NCBI RefSeq assembly: GCF_018350175.1
Contig: NC_058369.1
Coordinates: forward strand, 44,454,001 to 44,518,000
Reading direction: 5' to 3'
Length of the DNA: 64,000 nucleotides
Source: Felis catus
Lineage: Eukaryota
Positions 13,013 through 25,144 of the stretch are shown in pieces. The notes beneath the pieces were generated by a model that saw nothing but the letters and a program-made list of their open reading frames with translations, had not been told where the DNA came from and searched no databases. Made by a program: the position numbers and the translations under genes. Position 1 is the first letter of the stretch, and every line of letters starts with the position of its first letter.

Positions 13013-14265
13013 TAAATGCATTGTAATTGGGCATGTATCGGTGAAGAAGAGGGAAGGGCATGTTCTGTCGGCCACCCTGGGGTATAGAGCAGCTCTGCTA
13101 TCTTTCCATCTCCACTGCTTCCTTTAGCTCCAGTGGCTCTTGTCTCCAGCTAAAAGTCATGTGTTCTTTAAGTTGATATAGACCATATAAAGGAGATGAA
13201 CAAAACAATTTTCCAGATATTTTTGTGGACCCAGAATTATCTTGGCCTAAAACAACCAATTTTTTGTTTGTTTGCTTGTTTGCTCGTGACTAGGTTTTTG
13301 TGATTAAACCACCGGTTTAGCACGGCAGCCCTCCCCTTCTTTTCGCTTCTCTGAAAAAAATTGGACCTCTGTCTACCCAACAGGTCATTCACAGATGTTT
13401 TCCTTTCCACTTGCCTAAAAGATTGAGTTGAACAAGCTAATTTGAAACCTATTTATAAATCTGTTGATACACCTAGATAGGGGTATAACTGTCCCTCCCT
13501 TGGATGTGTTCTCAAGTAGAGTTGAATTCATATGTGGGGAAGCATTTTGAGCTTTTTGGAACAAGGTGTTTTATAACTGCAAAGTGCTGTTAGTATTAAA
13601 GATAATAATTTGGAAGTAAATATTAGGGCAACTAAGTGCCAAGGGGCTCTTAGTACACTCTTTCATTTCAATGTGTAAAAAGAAAATTGGTACTAAAATT
13701 ATAGTGTCTGTCTGCCTTGTAATTTTTTTCCCAAAGGCTATTGACTTTTCTCTCCCTTCTAACTTCCCTTTGGGCTACACAGGAGCTTACCTGAGTTCTG
13801 AAGTAGCCAATTAGAGGTATTTACTGAATAGATGACAGTTTTGCCTTTTTTTTTTTTTTCTGATTTCTTAGGTCTGAGAACTGTGAGGTGATTAATTGGG
13901 TGGGTGTCTGATGTCATTTTTTTCAGAGGCATAAAAGTGGTAGTGCTTCGTACTGCAGAGAGTTTGGTTCTGAGGTTTGGTGAAGTGGTCCTGATCCCCT
14001 CCCAGGAAGTAATGGGAGGGATGATGGTTAATGTTCAGAGCCTTCAGACTCCATGGTTTTCCGGCTTCATTCCCTCAATTAACCACAGAGCACTCAAAGG
14101 TTTACTTCACCATTAGTGGGCAGGCAAATCATCTGTTGACATAACTGGATTTGGTAAGCGTTTGGTTTGCCAAAGCAGCTATTATATATATTGGCTAGTT
14201 CAAAATGCATCACCTTGCCTACCATCACAAGAGAAGCTCTTGGCCTTTTCATAGTCTAGAAATAA

Positions 14266-14486
14266 CTTTTTTTTTTCTTAATTATTACATGTTTAATGTT
14301 TTCCTTGTTTTTAAAAGAATCCCATTATAGTTAATATACAGTGTTACAATTTATTTTCAGCTCTACAATCTAGTGATTCAATAATCCTATACATTACTTT
14401 GTGCTTATGATAAGTGTACTCTTAAGCCCCTTCACCTATTTCACCCATCCCCTTACTCACCACTCCTGTGGTAACCATCAGTTTGT
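14266..14486 (-). mobile_element. Carnivore L1 3' end fragment
   Basis: tatagttaatatacagtgtt...acctatttcacccatcccc...tggtaaccatcagtttgt. Confidence 0.8.
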
Positions 14487-16235
14487 AGCAACATCACCTT
14501 CTTGTGCAGAGTTCCAGCATGCCTCAGCATTAAATTGATATACTATTTTAATGTTAAAGATCTGTATTCAGTATTAACAAGGGTGTTGCATTTTCCACAG
14601 AGATGCTAACAAATGATGCAGTCTTAAATATCAATTGATTTAGAATACCTCTTAACCTGACATCAATATGAAGGCTTTAGCAAAGCTCTCACAGGATAAA
14701 TCTGATGTGTTGAAATTTTAATTAATTTAGTAACACAACATGTATTTTGTTATATTACATTTCTTTTCTTGTGTTAATGTTACTTAATAGATATTGGTAA
14801 TAAGAAATATATTATTTCAGTGTCCAAGAGTTCAAATAGTAAATAATGTCACTGGTGGGAAAATGCTCAACAGTGCTTCTGAAATACTAACAGATTCTGA
14901 TTTAGTAGGACAGTAGTGAGGCTTGTCACAAGCCTCTGTATAAATACAGAGACTGTATTTATAATTAGCTCTAAGATGATGTTCATGTTGGGGATCTGAA
15001 TCACATTGGAGAAATAAGAGTAAAGACCACTTTGAATTCCTTCTTCACACATTGAATTTTATAAGGAATTCTTTCTTGGGTATCTTTTTTCAAAAACTTA
15101 TTCTCACTGTATTGTTATTTGAAATCTGAAAAGGAAATAAACTAGATCAACAATTCTATCAGCCTGTCAAGTTAAAAGTTGGTGTCTGATTTTATATTTT
15201 CACTGCTTTATGCCTTCAGTCTTTAGTCTTCTGTCCTAAATTGATCTGGTAGATCTTTCCCTGACACCCGACTCTTGTGGTTAGTTATATAAAGACATGT
15301 GAAGTAAAAAACTTTTAATGTTGAAATTAGGATAAATGTTTTTTCCAGAATTAGAGGAATTGAGATTTACACTAGAGATAGGACAGATAAGCTCCATATG
15401 GAACATTCTGAAGTATTATGAATGATACTATTGTTTTTTTGTTTATCTTTTATCTTGTAGTTTATGAAAGTGAAATGTGGCTTTTCTAATATATGCATGC
15501 TCTAGTTTCCTATACAGTGTTTATTTCCCCTTGGTAGCATTGCATATTATGTTGCTGCTAGTCGTGACAACTGTTGGGGACGTGAAAGTCCTTTCTTTTT
15601 TAAACTTTTCTCCATTTGTGACATGTTGACAGCTGTCATGGGAATGGGGAAAGATAGAGCAATTTTTCAGAGTCCGTGTGACTCTGAAATGAAAGTACAT
15701 TTATTGCTGTAACTTAATGAAAGTTGCTTCATTGTGACACATGTCAGAGTCTTTGTGATGCAAGTGTGGAAGGATCTTTTCTGAAAGATTTATGCCTCAA
15801 GTGTGGATTTGAGCTGAAAGGACACGACCTTGGCTTTGAACTTACAGAAAGCCACCCCCTATAATAAAATCCAGAGTCAGTAGGAAGAGTCAGGAAGGGA
15901 ACAGAGAGTAAGTAAACAACAGCACAGAAATTCTGTCTAAGAGGTACATTTATCATGAACAGTGTATATTTCTTAGGTTTATTTTACCCAGAATCCTTAG
16001 AAAATATGTGGATATTTAGATTGTCATCTGGGTACTTAGAAATCAGCATGAATGCCTGCCTTCTTTAATTTTCATCAAAACAATCCTTATTTTATAAATA
16101 AATATCGATTAACATATATTTCCTCATTTTGAAAGATTTCTGTCACAGTGCCACAGTACCCACTGTGAGTTTGGGGCATTGTTGAAAACATTGTGAAAAT
16201 TAAAAAAAAAAAAAGAAAAATTCTCAAACATTTAT

Positions 16236-16790
16236 TAAAGAGCTTTTTTGAACTATTTATTCTTAATATAATTAACACATTTTATGAATCTTTCAGTGTT
16301 TTCAGTATATTCAGAGTTGTGCATCCATTACCACAAACAATTTTGGATTATATACATCATTTTCAAAAGAAACCTGGTACCTATTAGCAGCCCCTTCTGT
16401 TTTCTCCTAAACCTTCCACCAACCATAGAAAAACACTCATCTACCTTTTATCTCTGAGGACTTACTTCTCCTGAATATTTCATATAAATGGAATTGTTTT
16501 ATATATGATCTCATAGGTGAACTGCCCCCTTTCACTCAGCATCATGTTTTCAGGGTTTATCCATGTTTATATATATTTCAAGTATGTATCAGTACTTCAT
16601 TATTTTTTATTGCCAAATAATATTCCATTGTATGTATATGCCACATTGATTTATCCATTGCTCTCATAATTGGCATTGAAGTGCTTTAAACTTTTTTTTT
16701 TTTGGCTGTTATACGTAATGCCCATATGAACATTCATGTACAGTGTTTGTGTGGACATATACCTAGGAATGGCATTAATGGGTCTGAACT
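16236..16790 (-). mobile_element. Old L1 (L1MB-like) 3' end
   Basis: cagtatattcagagttgtgcatccattaccac...atttcatataaatggaat...tttgtgtggacatatacctaggaatgg. Confidence 0.8.
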
Positions 16791-16832
16791 GACAATTTTT
16801 AACCAGTATATTTTTAAATTTCACCAATCCTG

Positions 16833-17054
16833 GGGGCGCCTGGGTGGCGCAGTCGGTTAAGCGTCCGACTTCAGCCAGGTCACGATCTCGCGGTCCGTGA
16901 GTTCGAGCCCCGCGTCAGGCTCTGGGCTGATGGCTCAGAGCCTGGAGCCTGTTTCCGATTCTGTGTCTCCTTCTCTCTCTGCCCCTCCCCCGTTCATGCT
17001 CTGTCTCTCTCTGTCCCAAAAATAATAATAAATGCTGAAAAAAAAATTAAAAAA
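16833..17054 (+). mobile_element. Young full-length felid SINEC_Fc-type element
   Basis: Intact A box (TGGCGCAGTCGG), B box (GTTCGAGCC) and CpGs. Perfect 17-bp TSD AAATTTCACCAATCCTG at 16816-16832 and 17055-17071. Confidence 0.97.
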
Positions 17055-17361
17055 AAATTTCACCAATCCTGAAAAACAGTGGATTTTTTTAAAAAAAGGA
17101 ATTTGTAAAAAGCTATAAAAAATGCTTCCCAGTGAATATTTGACTAATCTATATAATTCTAATTTTTTAGTCTCTAGAAGATAAATATTTCCTAAATGTT
17201 TAGTCCCTCTTTCCAAACTCTAGTGGCACGCCATACAAGGATTAAAGATTTGAATAACAAACAGTAAGTTAAATTGTCTATAAAAAATAAAAACAAAGAA
17301 TGTATTCCCTCTACTTATTAGGAGAAGGATGCATGAAAGTTGAATAAAGAATAGTTATGAA

Positions 17362-17460
17362 GGGTTTCCCGGCTGGCTTAGTCGATAGAGCATGCTACTC
17401 TTGATCTTGGGGTTGCGAATTTGAGCCCCAAGTTGGGTGTAGAGATTACTAAGAAAAATA
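17362..17460 (+). mobile_element. Short old carnivore SINE (SINEC_old-like)
   Basis: ggctggcttagtcgatagagcatgctactcttgatc...gggtgtagagattact. Confidence 0.8.
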
Positions 17461-17468
17461 ATTTTTTT

Positions 17469-18141
17469 TGTATTTTGTTTTCTTTTTTTTAATTTATTTT
17501 TTTATTTTTTAAAATTTATATCCAAATTAGTTAGCATATAGTGCAAAAATGATTTCAGGAGTAGATTCCTTACTGCCCCTTACTAATTTAGCCCATCCCC
17601 CCTCCCACAACCTCTCCAGTAACCCTCAGTTCGTTCTCCATATTTATGAGTGTCTTCTGTTTTGTCCCCCTCCCTGTTTTTATATTTTGTTTCCCTTCCA
17701 TTATGTTCATCTGTTTTGTCTCTTAAAGCCTTAATATGAGTGAAGTCATATGATTTTTGTCTTTCTCTGACTAATTTCACTTAGCATAATACCCTCCAGT
17801 TCCATTCACGTGGTTNNNNNNNNNNNNNNNNNNNNNNNNNNNNNNNNNNNNNNNNNNNNNNNNNNNNNNNNNNNNNNNNNNNNNNNNNNNNNNNNNNNNN
17901 NNNNNNNNNNNNNNNNNNNNNNNNNNNNNNNNNNNNNNNNNNNNNNNNNNNNNNNNNNNGGCTATTGTTGATGGTGCTGCTATAAACGTGGGGGTGCATG
18001 TGTCCCTTTGAAACCGCACACTTGTATCACATGGATAAATGCCTAGTAGTGCAATTGCTAGGTCGTAGGGTAGTTCTATTTTTAATTTTTTGAGGAACCT
18101 CCATACTGTTTTCCAGAGTGGCTGCACCAGCTTGAATTCCC
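17469..18141 (-). mobile_element. 5'-truncated felid L1 (ORF2 C-terminus + 3' UTR; contains N gap)
   Basis: ORF 17777-18127 reads QPLWKTVWRFLKKLKIELPYD.AIALLGIYP, the L1 ORF2 C-terminal region. TSD AAGA[A/T]AAATAATTTTTTT at 17451 and 18142. Confidence 0.92.
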
Positions 18142-18171
18142 AAGATAAATAATTTTTTTTTTAATATCTAC

Positions 18172-18418
18172 GGGTGCCTGGGTGGCTCAGGTGGTTAAGC
18201 ACCTGACTTCAGCTCAGGTCCTGATCTCAAGGTTCATGAGTTCGAGCCCACATCAGGCTCTCTGCTATCAGCCCAGAGCCTGCTTCATCTCCTGTGTCCC
18301 CCTGTCTCTCTGTCCCTCCCTGGTTCTATCTCTCTCTCTCTTTCTCTCTATCTCTCTTTCTCTCTCTATATATATATATATGTATATATGTATATATGTA
18401 TATATGTATATATATATG
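18172..18418 (+). mobile_element. Can-SINE ending in (CT)n-(TA)n/(TATATG)n compound microsatellite
   Basis: Head gggtgcctgggtggctcaggtggttaag. The usual tail is replaced by alternating TA/TG repeats at about 18367-18418. Confidence 0.9.
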
Positions 18419-19104
18419 AAATAATTTAGTATGCACTTAGGAAAAAAATCCATTTGAATCTCAGATCAACCTTTGGAGGCTCAAGATATTTGCATTGTAG
18501 GATCGGCAACTGTGCATGAGCTTTGCCAACCATTCTGTAAAATCCAAAAGTTGCAGATGCAAAAATAGATCAAGTTTGTATTTTCTCATCCCTGACCTAA
18601 AAGGGCCAGTTGAAATAAGGAAACATAGGGCATGCCCATATTGGAGTTAAATCTTTACTGTGTATCACTGAATATGAGAACCTAGATGGGAACCCCTATT
18701 AGAGAGGAGGCTGAATCAATGCACTGGGGATAGTGATGTTATTCATGCAGTGTGCACCTTGGAAAGCTGTTTGGATTGCTTTTGATTACCACTCCTGTGT
18801 ATTCACTGTTTTGCAAGTATTCTATGGGGACTGCTTTTCTTTTTCCAATTGAAAATAGGTTAGAGGAAAGACATAAACATGTTAGTGCTTCAAACGGGAA
18901 AATATAAAGATAAGATACTTGCACACAAATTATCTTCCTTGACCTGAATGTTGAAAGATAATATGATAAAAGCAGCTGACTGAATATGAACATTTTAAAA
19001 TTTGTATATATTTTTAAAATATATGGATGTCAGCTTTATTTAATATGCTCCAAAGTCAAGTAAACAATTATTTTACTTAAAATACAAATTATTGCCATGT
19101 GTCT

Positions 19105-19219
19105 ATTATTTTTGTTATTTTTATTTTTTAGTAATCTCTACACCCAATGTGGGGCTTGAATTCATGACCACTTGATCAAGAGTTTCATGCTCTTTCAACT
19201 TAGCCAGCCAGGTGCCCCC
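19105..19219 (-). mobile_element. SINEC_old-like short SINE
   Basis: agtaatctctacacccaatgtggggcttgaa...agccagccaggtgcccc. Confidence 0.85.
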
Positions 19220-19441
19220 ATCATGGCTTTATTATATATTGTATGTTGTTGTAAAGTTATTGAACACAAAGGAGAAAGATGCATTAGTTTACATTTTCCA
19301 GAATCTGGTCATTAATGTTTTGTTTGCTTTTCATTTTATACAGGCCAAGTTCTTCCACTTAATAAATATTACTACTAATAAATGTAGAATCTGTAATACA
19401 ATTGATATTGACCTCCAGCTTTCATGAAGGGTTAAAAATAT

Positions 19442-19658
19442 GGGGCACGTGGGTGTCTCAGTTGGTTGAGTGTCTGACTTTGGCTTAGGTCATGATCTTG
19501 CACTTCCTGAGTTCGAGTCCCACATCAGGCTGCCTGCTGTTGGCACAGAGCCCGCTTCACATCCTCTGTGCCCCTCTCTTTTTAGCCCTCCTTCCCTTGT
19601 TCTCTCTCTTTCTCTCCCTCTCTCTCTCTCTCAAAATAAATAAATGAACTTAAAAAAA
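19442..19658 (+). mobile_element. Can-SINE
   Basis: Head, B box gttcgagtcc, (CT)n and AATAAA tail. Confidence 0.9.
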
Positions 19659-21797
19659 GTTTGAAATATCTATTCAGAGCTGAATATGACATAAACTCAG
19701 TAATGAAGAAAATGGTTGAGCAGTATCATTTAGTTGTATTTTTAGTGGTGATGGACGATATATACAGAATATCAAGTAGAACTAGAAATTAAAAAATATT
19801 GTTATTTTTGTGAGCTTCTCATTTATACTCTTCACCCACACTTTTGACAAATTTTACCCGTCTGGAACTATGAGTATTTTTCTCCAATTACCCACCTCCC
19901 ATCCCATCCCATCCCATCTCCCCACATTCCTTTCTGTCCATCTTCTCAGTTCTGTCTCAAAATTTATTCTTGGAGACACTGAGAATGCTCTGTGCCAGTA
20001 GTTCTTACAGTTTCTAGTGTTAGGAGAATTAAAAGAAGCTGGTATTTCTGCAGAATGTATGATAGTTTCTCCTAAGTCTTATGGCAAGTAGAAAGGACAA
20101 ATCCTTTATATGGGTAAAATTTTCATACTTGGAAGAGACTGTAAAAGTAGGAGTCATTCCTAGCAACTGTATTTTTAAATCACAGTACTCAAAGTAGAAA
20201 TTGACTAATAAAAGACATGGAGTTTTGTAAAGCCAACAATTTAAAACTCCTCGCATTGTACATAGGTAGCTAGAAGAGGAATCTAAACATATATATGTAT
20301 TATTCTCTAATAAACTTGATTTACAAAAACATAAGTGGAAATCAGAGTCATTATTCATCACCCAACAAACCTTGTTTGACTTTTTAAAAGAGTAACTACA
20401 AGAGTCTCCATAATCTTTATTACATTCATCAGCTGTTTATATTTTGGTAGAAAAAATATATGTATCCTCCTGATTTGTTTTTTTAATATGTCCATAAATA
20501 TGCAAATATGCACATTGGGTGGGAGAGGACTATGGGAAGGCAGGTCATATATTGATCTGGAAAAAAAAGTTGGCATTCATAGTCTTACAAGTGTTCTGAA
20601 GGTACTAAAATGGCAGAATACTAGAAATCAGGGCAGCCCATTATAATCGGTTTGTATAATCATTGTATAAAATTCCCGGTTTTGAGACCTCTTTCCATTG
20701 TTGACTTTCTTTGTTGACCTTGGCCATGTGACATTAACTGTTCTGGACTTTGATTTCTTTCTCAGAAAATGGAGACATTTGGATTGCTTTAAGATTTGTT
20801 CCAGTTTTGGCATTCTTTTAGAATGAGTCTGCTTCTAGCTGCAGTGTGGGTGTGCTAGGGATTGGTGCTTTCTCTGAGAAACTCCTGACAGAGATCTTAG
20901 CCATGCACTGTTGATGTGAACTCTGGTTTTCTTATTACAAGTCCCTTGGCAATGTTGTGCAGCTGAGGGCTATGACCTAAGAGCCTTAGTCTTATTTCAA
21001 CTTTTTATCTAAATGTGCTTTAAAGTTTTAATTGGTTGTACTGTCCTCCTTTTTGCTCCCTGTCCTGTCACCTTAGAAATGCATTTTAAGAGCTGCCATT
21101 TTACTCTTTAGACTGGTACTAAATGAGAAAAAAAAAACTTTGACTTTTGTTGTCTTCTCCTTGTAGAAACATATTTGGAATTTGATGGGATAGGACTAGG
21201 TCATTGTGTGCACATGTGTTTAAAGATTTATATATCTTAAATGAAAAACCGTGTTGGGGAGATGGAGATCTTCATATCTCAGCTTATTCTGTCTTGGCAA
21301 GCAAAACAAACTTTCCAAGCCTTGCCTCATTTGTTAAATATCTATATGATAACAAGTGTTGGATCTTTCTTATGTCGTATCTGGTTCTCTTCTTGTGAAT
21401 TGTTTCAAATCAGAGTAGCTGTCAATTTATAGATAATTTTTAGTGTTATTTCCTAAGAGCTAGTTGCCCAAAGATGCCTTTCCATCTTGAACTTCAAAAA
21501 GGAGAGCAACTTTGTTAATATTGCTGATGACATAACTTCCCTCACAGTTGGATATGTAGCCCACTCCTTTTAATTCTAAGTTCTTTCTGAAGCTCCTCCT
21601 TTCTCATTCAATAATTTCTGCCTTTCCCATTATGTGTCTTTTCCTGATAACTCCCCTCAGTTCTAAATTCCAGTGTTGAATTCCCTCCCCCTTTTTTTGA
21701 TGATAGGCTTTTTCTTTGCCCTTTCTCAATTAATTGGTAGATTTTCATGTTTTTGTTGTTTTTTTCTCATCCACTGGTAGGAAGGTATTCAGACTTT

Positions 21798-22234
21798 TGT
21801 TGGAGAGGAAGAATTCCCTCTTCTCTTCAAGGTCCTTCTATCTGGACTAAGAATCAAAGTGACATTAGACAGATTAGCAGGAGAATATCAAATTTGGTAA
21901 GGTACCTATGAGGAATCTACCCTGAGATGGAAATTCCAAGAGATACTTAGGCAACATGAAACTTACAAGAGCTAAGGAGAAGAGTAGGGGTCTGAGATAC
22001 AAAGGGGAAAAAGACCATTAGCAGAAGGTGAGAGGAAATATTTAGAAAACAAAGTTTTGTCCTATAATATAGATATATTTTTAGGTAAAAAGGAATCTCT
22101 CTTAATAGCTCTCTTCCTGGTATATGCAGGCAGGTGAGGGGGAGGTAAAGAGCTTTTCCTGTACCTACTGAGTTTTGATTGCTTTTAACGGATATGATGT
22201 TCCTGCTAACGTGGCCCATCCTGGGGCCCCTACA
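21798..22234 (-). mobile_element. Solo LTR, ERV1 class (MER34-like)
   Basis: About 437 bp with TG...CA ends. Motif ctaagaatcaaagtgacattagacagattagcaggagaa resembles recalled MER34-group LTRs. No TSD visible. Confidence 0.6.
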
Positions 22235-23039
22235 TAAGAAAGGGCTAATATAGAACTATTTGGCAGCCTGGTAGCATGAAGAAATCTTGCACTTTACTGA
22301 GACTGTGTTTTAGAATACTTCTTCACTGAGCAAGTCCACTATATGTGCTGTCAATGACAAAGAAGAACAAGAAGTTGGTTTTCTGTGTCACAAGGATAAG
22401 CAATAGACAAAAGAGCTGAGTGCCAGCAGCCTGACCTTGAGACTTTATTATCTATAGGAAACTATCCAGAAGGTTCTCAGATAGATTGAGATGGTGAAGC
22501 AGTGCAGACCTACCTCTACTACCTTGTAAGTCAAAGGTGACATTTATGTATCGGGAAGCCTTTTAAAAAACTATCTAGATCAATGGGTAAATTTCAGATC
22601 TACAAAGTTCAACTGGGTAGAAAGTTTACTTAAATGTATTTCTCTATCCCTGTTTTTAAGCCTAATCCTATTGGGTTTAGGCTGACTCAGATTCACAGAG
22701 CTAAAATCATTATTGGATTTCCCCAATGACTATTAGTGATACTTGATTTCATAAGCTAAGACCAATTTTTATTTAATTCACTGTTTTTAAAGAGCTTGAC
22801 TTGAAAATCAATGTCCTATGCTGAAAGCATTAAATTAGCTTTCTCAAATACATATCATAAAAATGTTTGACCCCATTGAGGTGAGGTCATATCAAAGTAG
22901 TACACTGAGTTTGAGCCCAGAAGATTTTTAAATGAATGTATTTTTAAGATATCAAAGCATAGCAGTTTTTCTAGGTCGGTGAAAATAGCTCTCTTCCTTC
23001 TCTGTCTCAGAAGTGCCATATTTGATACCACGCAAGTAG

Positions 23040-23270
23040 GTGTTATAGAACATAATGTTGAAGAGTCTGGGTCTAGAATCCTACTACATACTTTAGATCT
23101 ATGTTCTGGTGCTTGGACATGACCTGGAGAAATCTACTTAACCTCTATGCACCTAGTCTTCTAATGTGTAAAGAGAAGTTAATAACTGTATCTACCATGT
23201 GGTGTTATTGTGCATATTAAGTGAGCACAACAGAATTATATCCTATCCACCACCTGGAGCCTGTGCTGTA
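23040..23270 (+). mobile_element. MIR
   Basis: Core tgacctggagaaatctacttaacctctatgcacctagtcttctaatgtgtaaa. Confidence 0.65.
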
Positions 23271-23654
23271 TGCTACTATAGCGTATGGAAAGATGTGGTG
23301 GATTTTAAATTTGGGGGTGAAAATTATCTATTACATGTATACATTCTCAAGAGGAAATTTAGAAAACTGTGTACTATGAATTTCTGTACCCTATTTAGTA
23401 TGGGTATCAAGACCACATAGACCACTAGAATAGTGTCTCAAAGGTAAATAATTGCTTGAGTCACAGAGGTATTTGTAAATCCATTAGGACAGAAGATAAA
23501 GACTAGAACTGGTAGATCTAAGCTAGTGCCTGTGAAATCTAAAGGGTAATATCAGGATATAGGTCTTAAGATTTAAAGAGACAGAGTATTTAGAATCCTG
23601 GTATTTGTGAGAGACCTAAGTGTGTTATTTCCCCATTGGTCACTAGAGTTTTTC

Positions 23655-23840
23655 TGTTGTTTGTTTGTTTGTTTGTTTGTTTTAAGTTTTTAGTTTAATC
23701 CCAGTTGGCATTCAGTGTTATATTAGTTTCAGGTATACAATATAGTAAGTCAACAATTCCATACATCACCCTGTGTTCATCAGGCCAAGTCACTCCTTAA
23801 TCCCCATCACCTATTTAAACCATCCTCCCACCCACCCCCC
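23655..23840 (-). mobile_element. Carnivore L1 3' end with (TTTG)n tail
   Basis: cagtgttatattagtttcaggtatacaatatagt...tccttaatccccatcacctattt, preceded by (TTTG)n. Confidence 0.82.
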
Positions 23841-24722
23841 TATTGTTTGTTTCTTTGTTTTTGCCGCTATTCAATAATAGCTGTCCATATCTGTTTGTTC
23901 ATCTCCTTCTTGCCTCCTATTTCTCTCTGAATGTAAAAAGCTAGTGTATAGCTGATGAAAAGTGTTTATTGTTCAAATAATTTGGCGTGGGGGTTGCTTG
24001 AAGCAAACTAAGACACTTCTTGGGGAATCTGATACCTCATGACCCAAGATACCAGATTCATCAATACCAATTGTTACATGAACCCATATCTTTAGAATGT
24101 TTAGAAAGATGAATTATAATTGCCATCTATTGATCCGTTTTTCCATCAATCTACTCATCTACCATCATAAATATCGTTTCATAGAAATTACTTATAATAC
24201 TGTGTGGTACAAAGAAAATACTAAGTAGATATTAGTTATAATTATTGCCTATTCAAAATATACAGTATGCATATGTGTGGAGGGAGAAGCTGCATCTTTC
24301 TTTCAAACTTAAAATTATACAAATGTAACAGATATAATAAATAAATAATAATAAATAATACTAATAAATAATAAAATAATCATCATGTATTGCCAACACC
24401 CAGGTTAAATAGAGTTAAAATTTTGGCTTATATTTTTACCAGTTAGGATTTGTCTTTTTTGTTTTCTTTTTCATTCTTTTATTCATGCTAAATTTTCACC
24501 TCAGATGGAAAAAGCCAAGGCACCTGGCAATAGGTCACTCAAGAGTCCAATAGGGAATGCTTAGTGCTCTCTTCTGAGCTCACTATTCAGCCAAAGTACC
24601 TTTCCACTTGTGGAAGTGAAAAGGCTGAGCAGAAGGGGATTGGATGTGCATCTTTAATAGCACTCCTCCTGGTAGTAGAATGAAAGTCACTTCCTTCCCT
24701 CCTTACTCTCTACATAAGTAAA

Positions 24723-25144
24723 TGTTAGAGGTTGAATTATGTCCCTTGAAAATTGATGTGTTGAAGTCCTAAGCCCCAGTACATTAGAATGTGACCCATT
24801 TGGAAATAGGGTTGCAAGTATCATTAGTTAAGATGATGTCCTAGTGGAGTAAGCTATATCCCTAATGTGATATAATGGCTGCACTTATAAAAAGGGGAAA
24901 TTTAGACACAAATAGATACACAGGGAGAATGTCATATGAATATTGAAGATATGCTGCCCCAAGCCAAGGAACTACCAGAATTGAGGAGAGAGGCCTGGAA
25001 CACACCCTTTTCTATTATGTATAGAGGGAGCATGGCTCCTCAGACACCTTGATACCAGTTTCCAGAACTGTGAGAATGAACTTCTCTTGTTTAAGCAGGT
25101 CAGTTTGTAGTACCTTGTTAAGGCATCCCTGGTAAACTATTAGA
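24723..25144 (+). mobile_element. MaLR solo LTR (MLT1B-like)
   Basis: tgtt...gttgaattatgtccc...gaatgtgacc...aaaaggggaaatttagacac...ccaagccaaggaactaccaga...ccagaactgtgaga...tgtttaagc. Confidence 0.85.

Noticed and set aside
16833-16920. tRNA gene calls at SINE heads (also 17362, 27922, 57981)
   Set aside because: These are tRNA-derived Can-SINE heads followed by SINE bodies or tails, with TSDs in some cases, not tRNA genes.
17777-18127. L1 ORF2-like ORF (also 47312-47575 and 48622-48831) as a functional gene
   Set aside because: Fragments of 5'-truncated, frameshifted L1 copies with no ORF1, promoter or complete RT.
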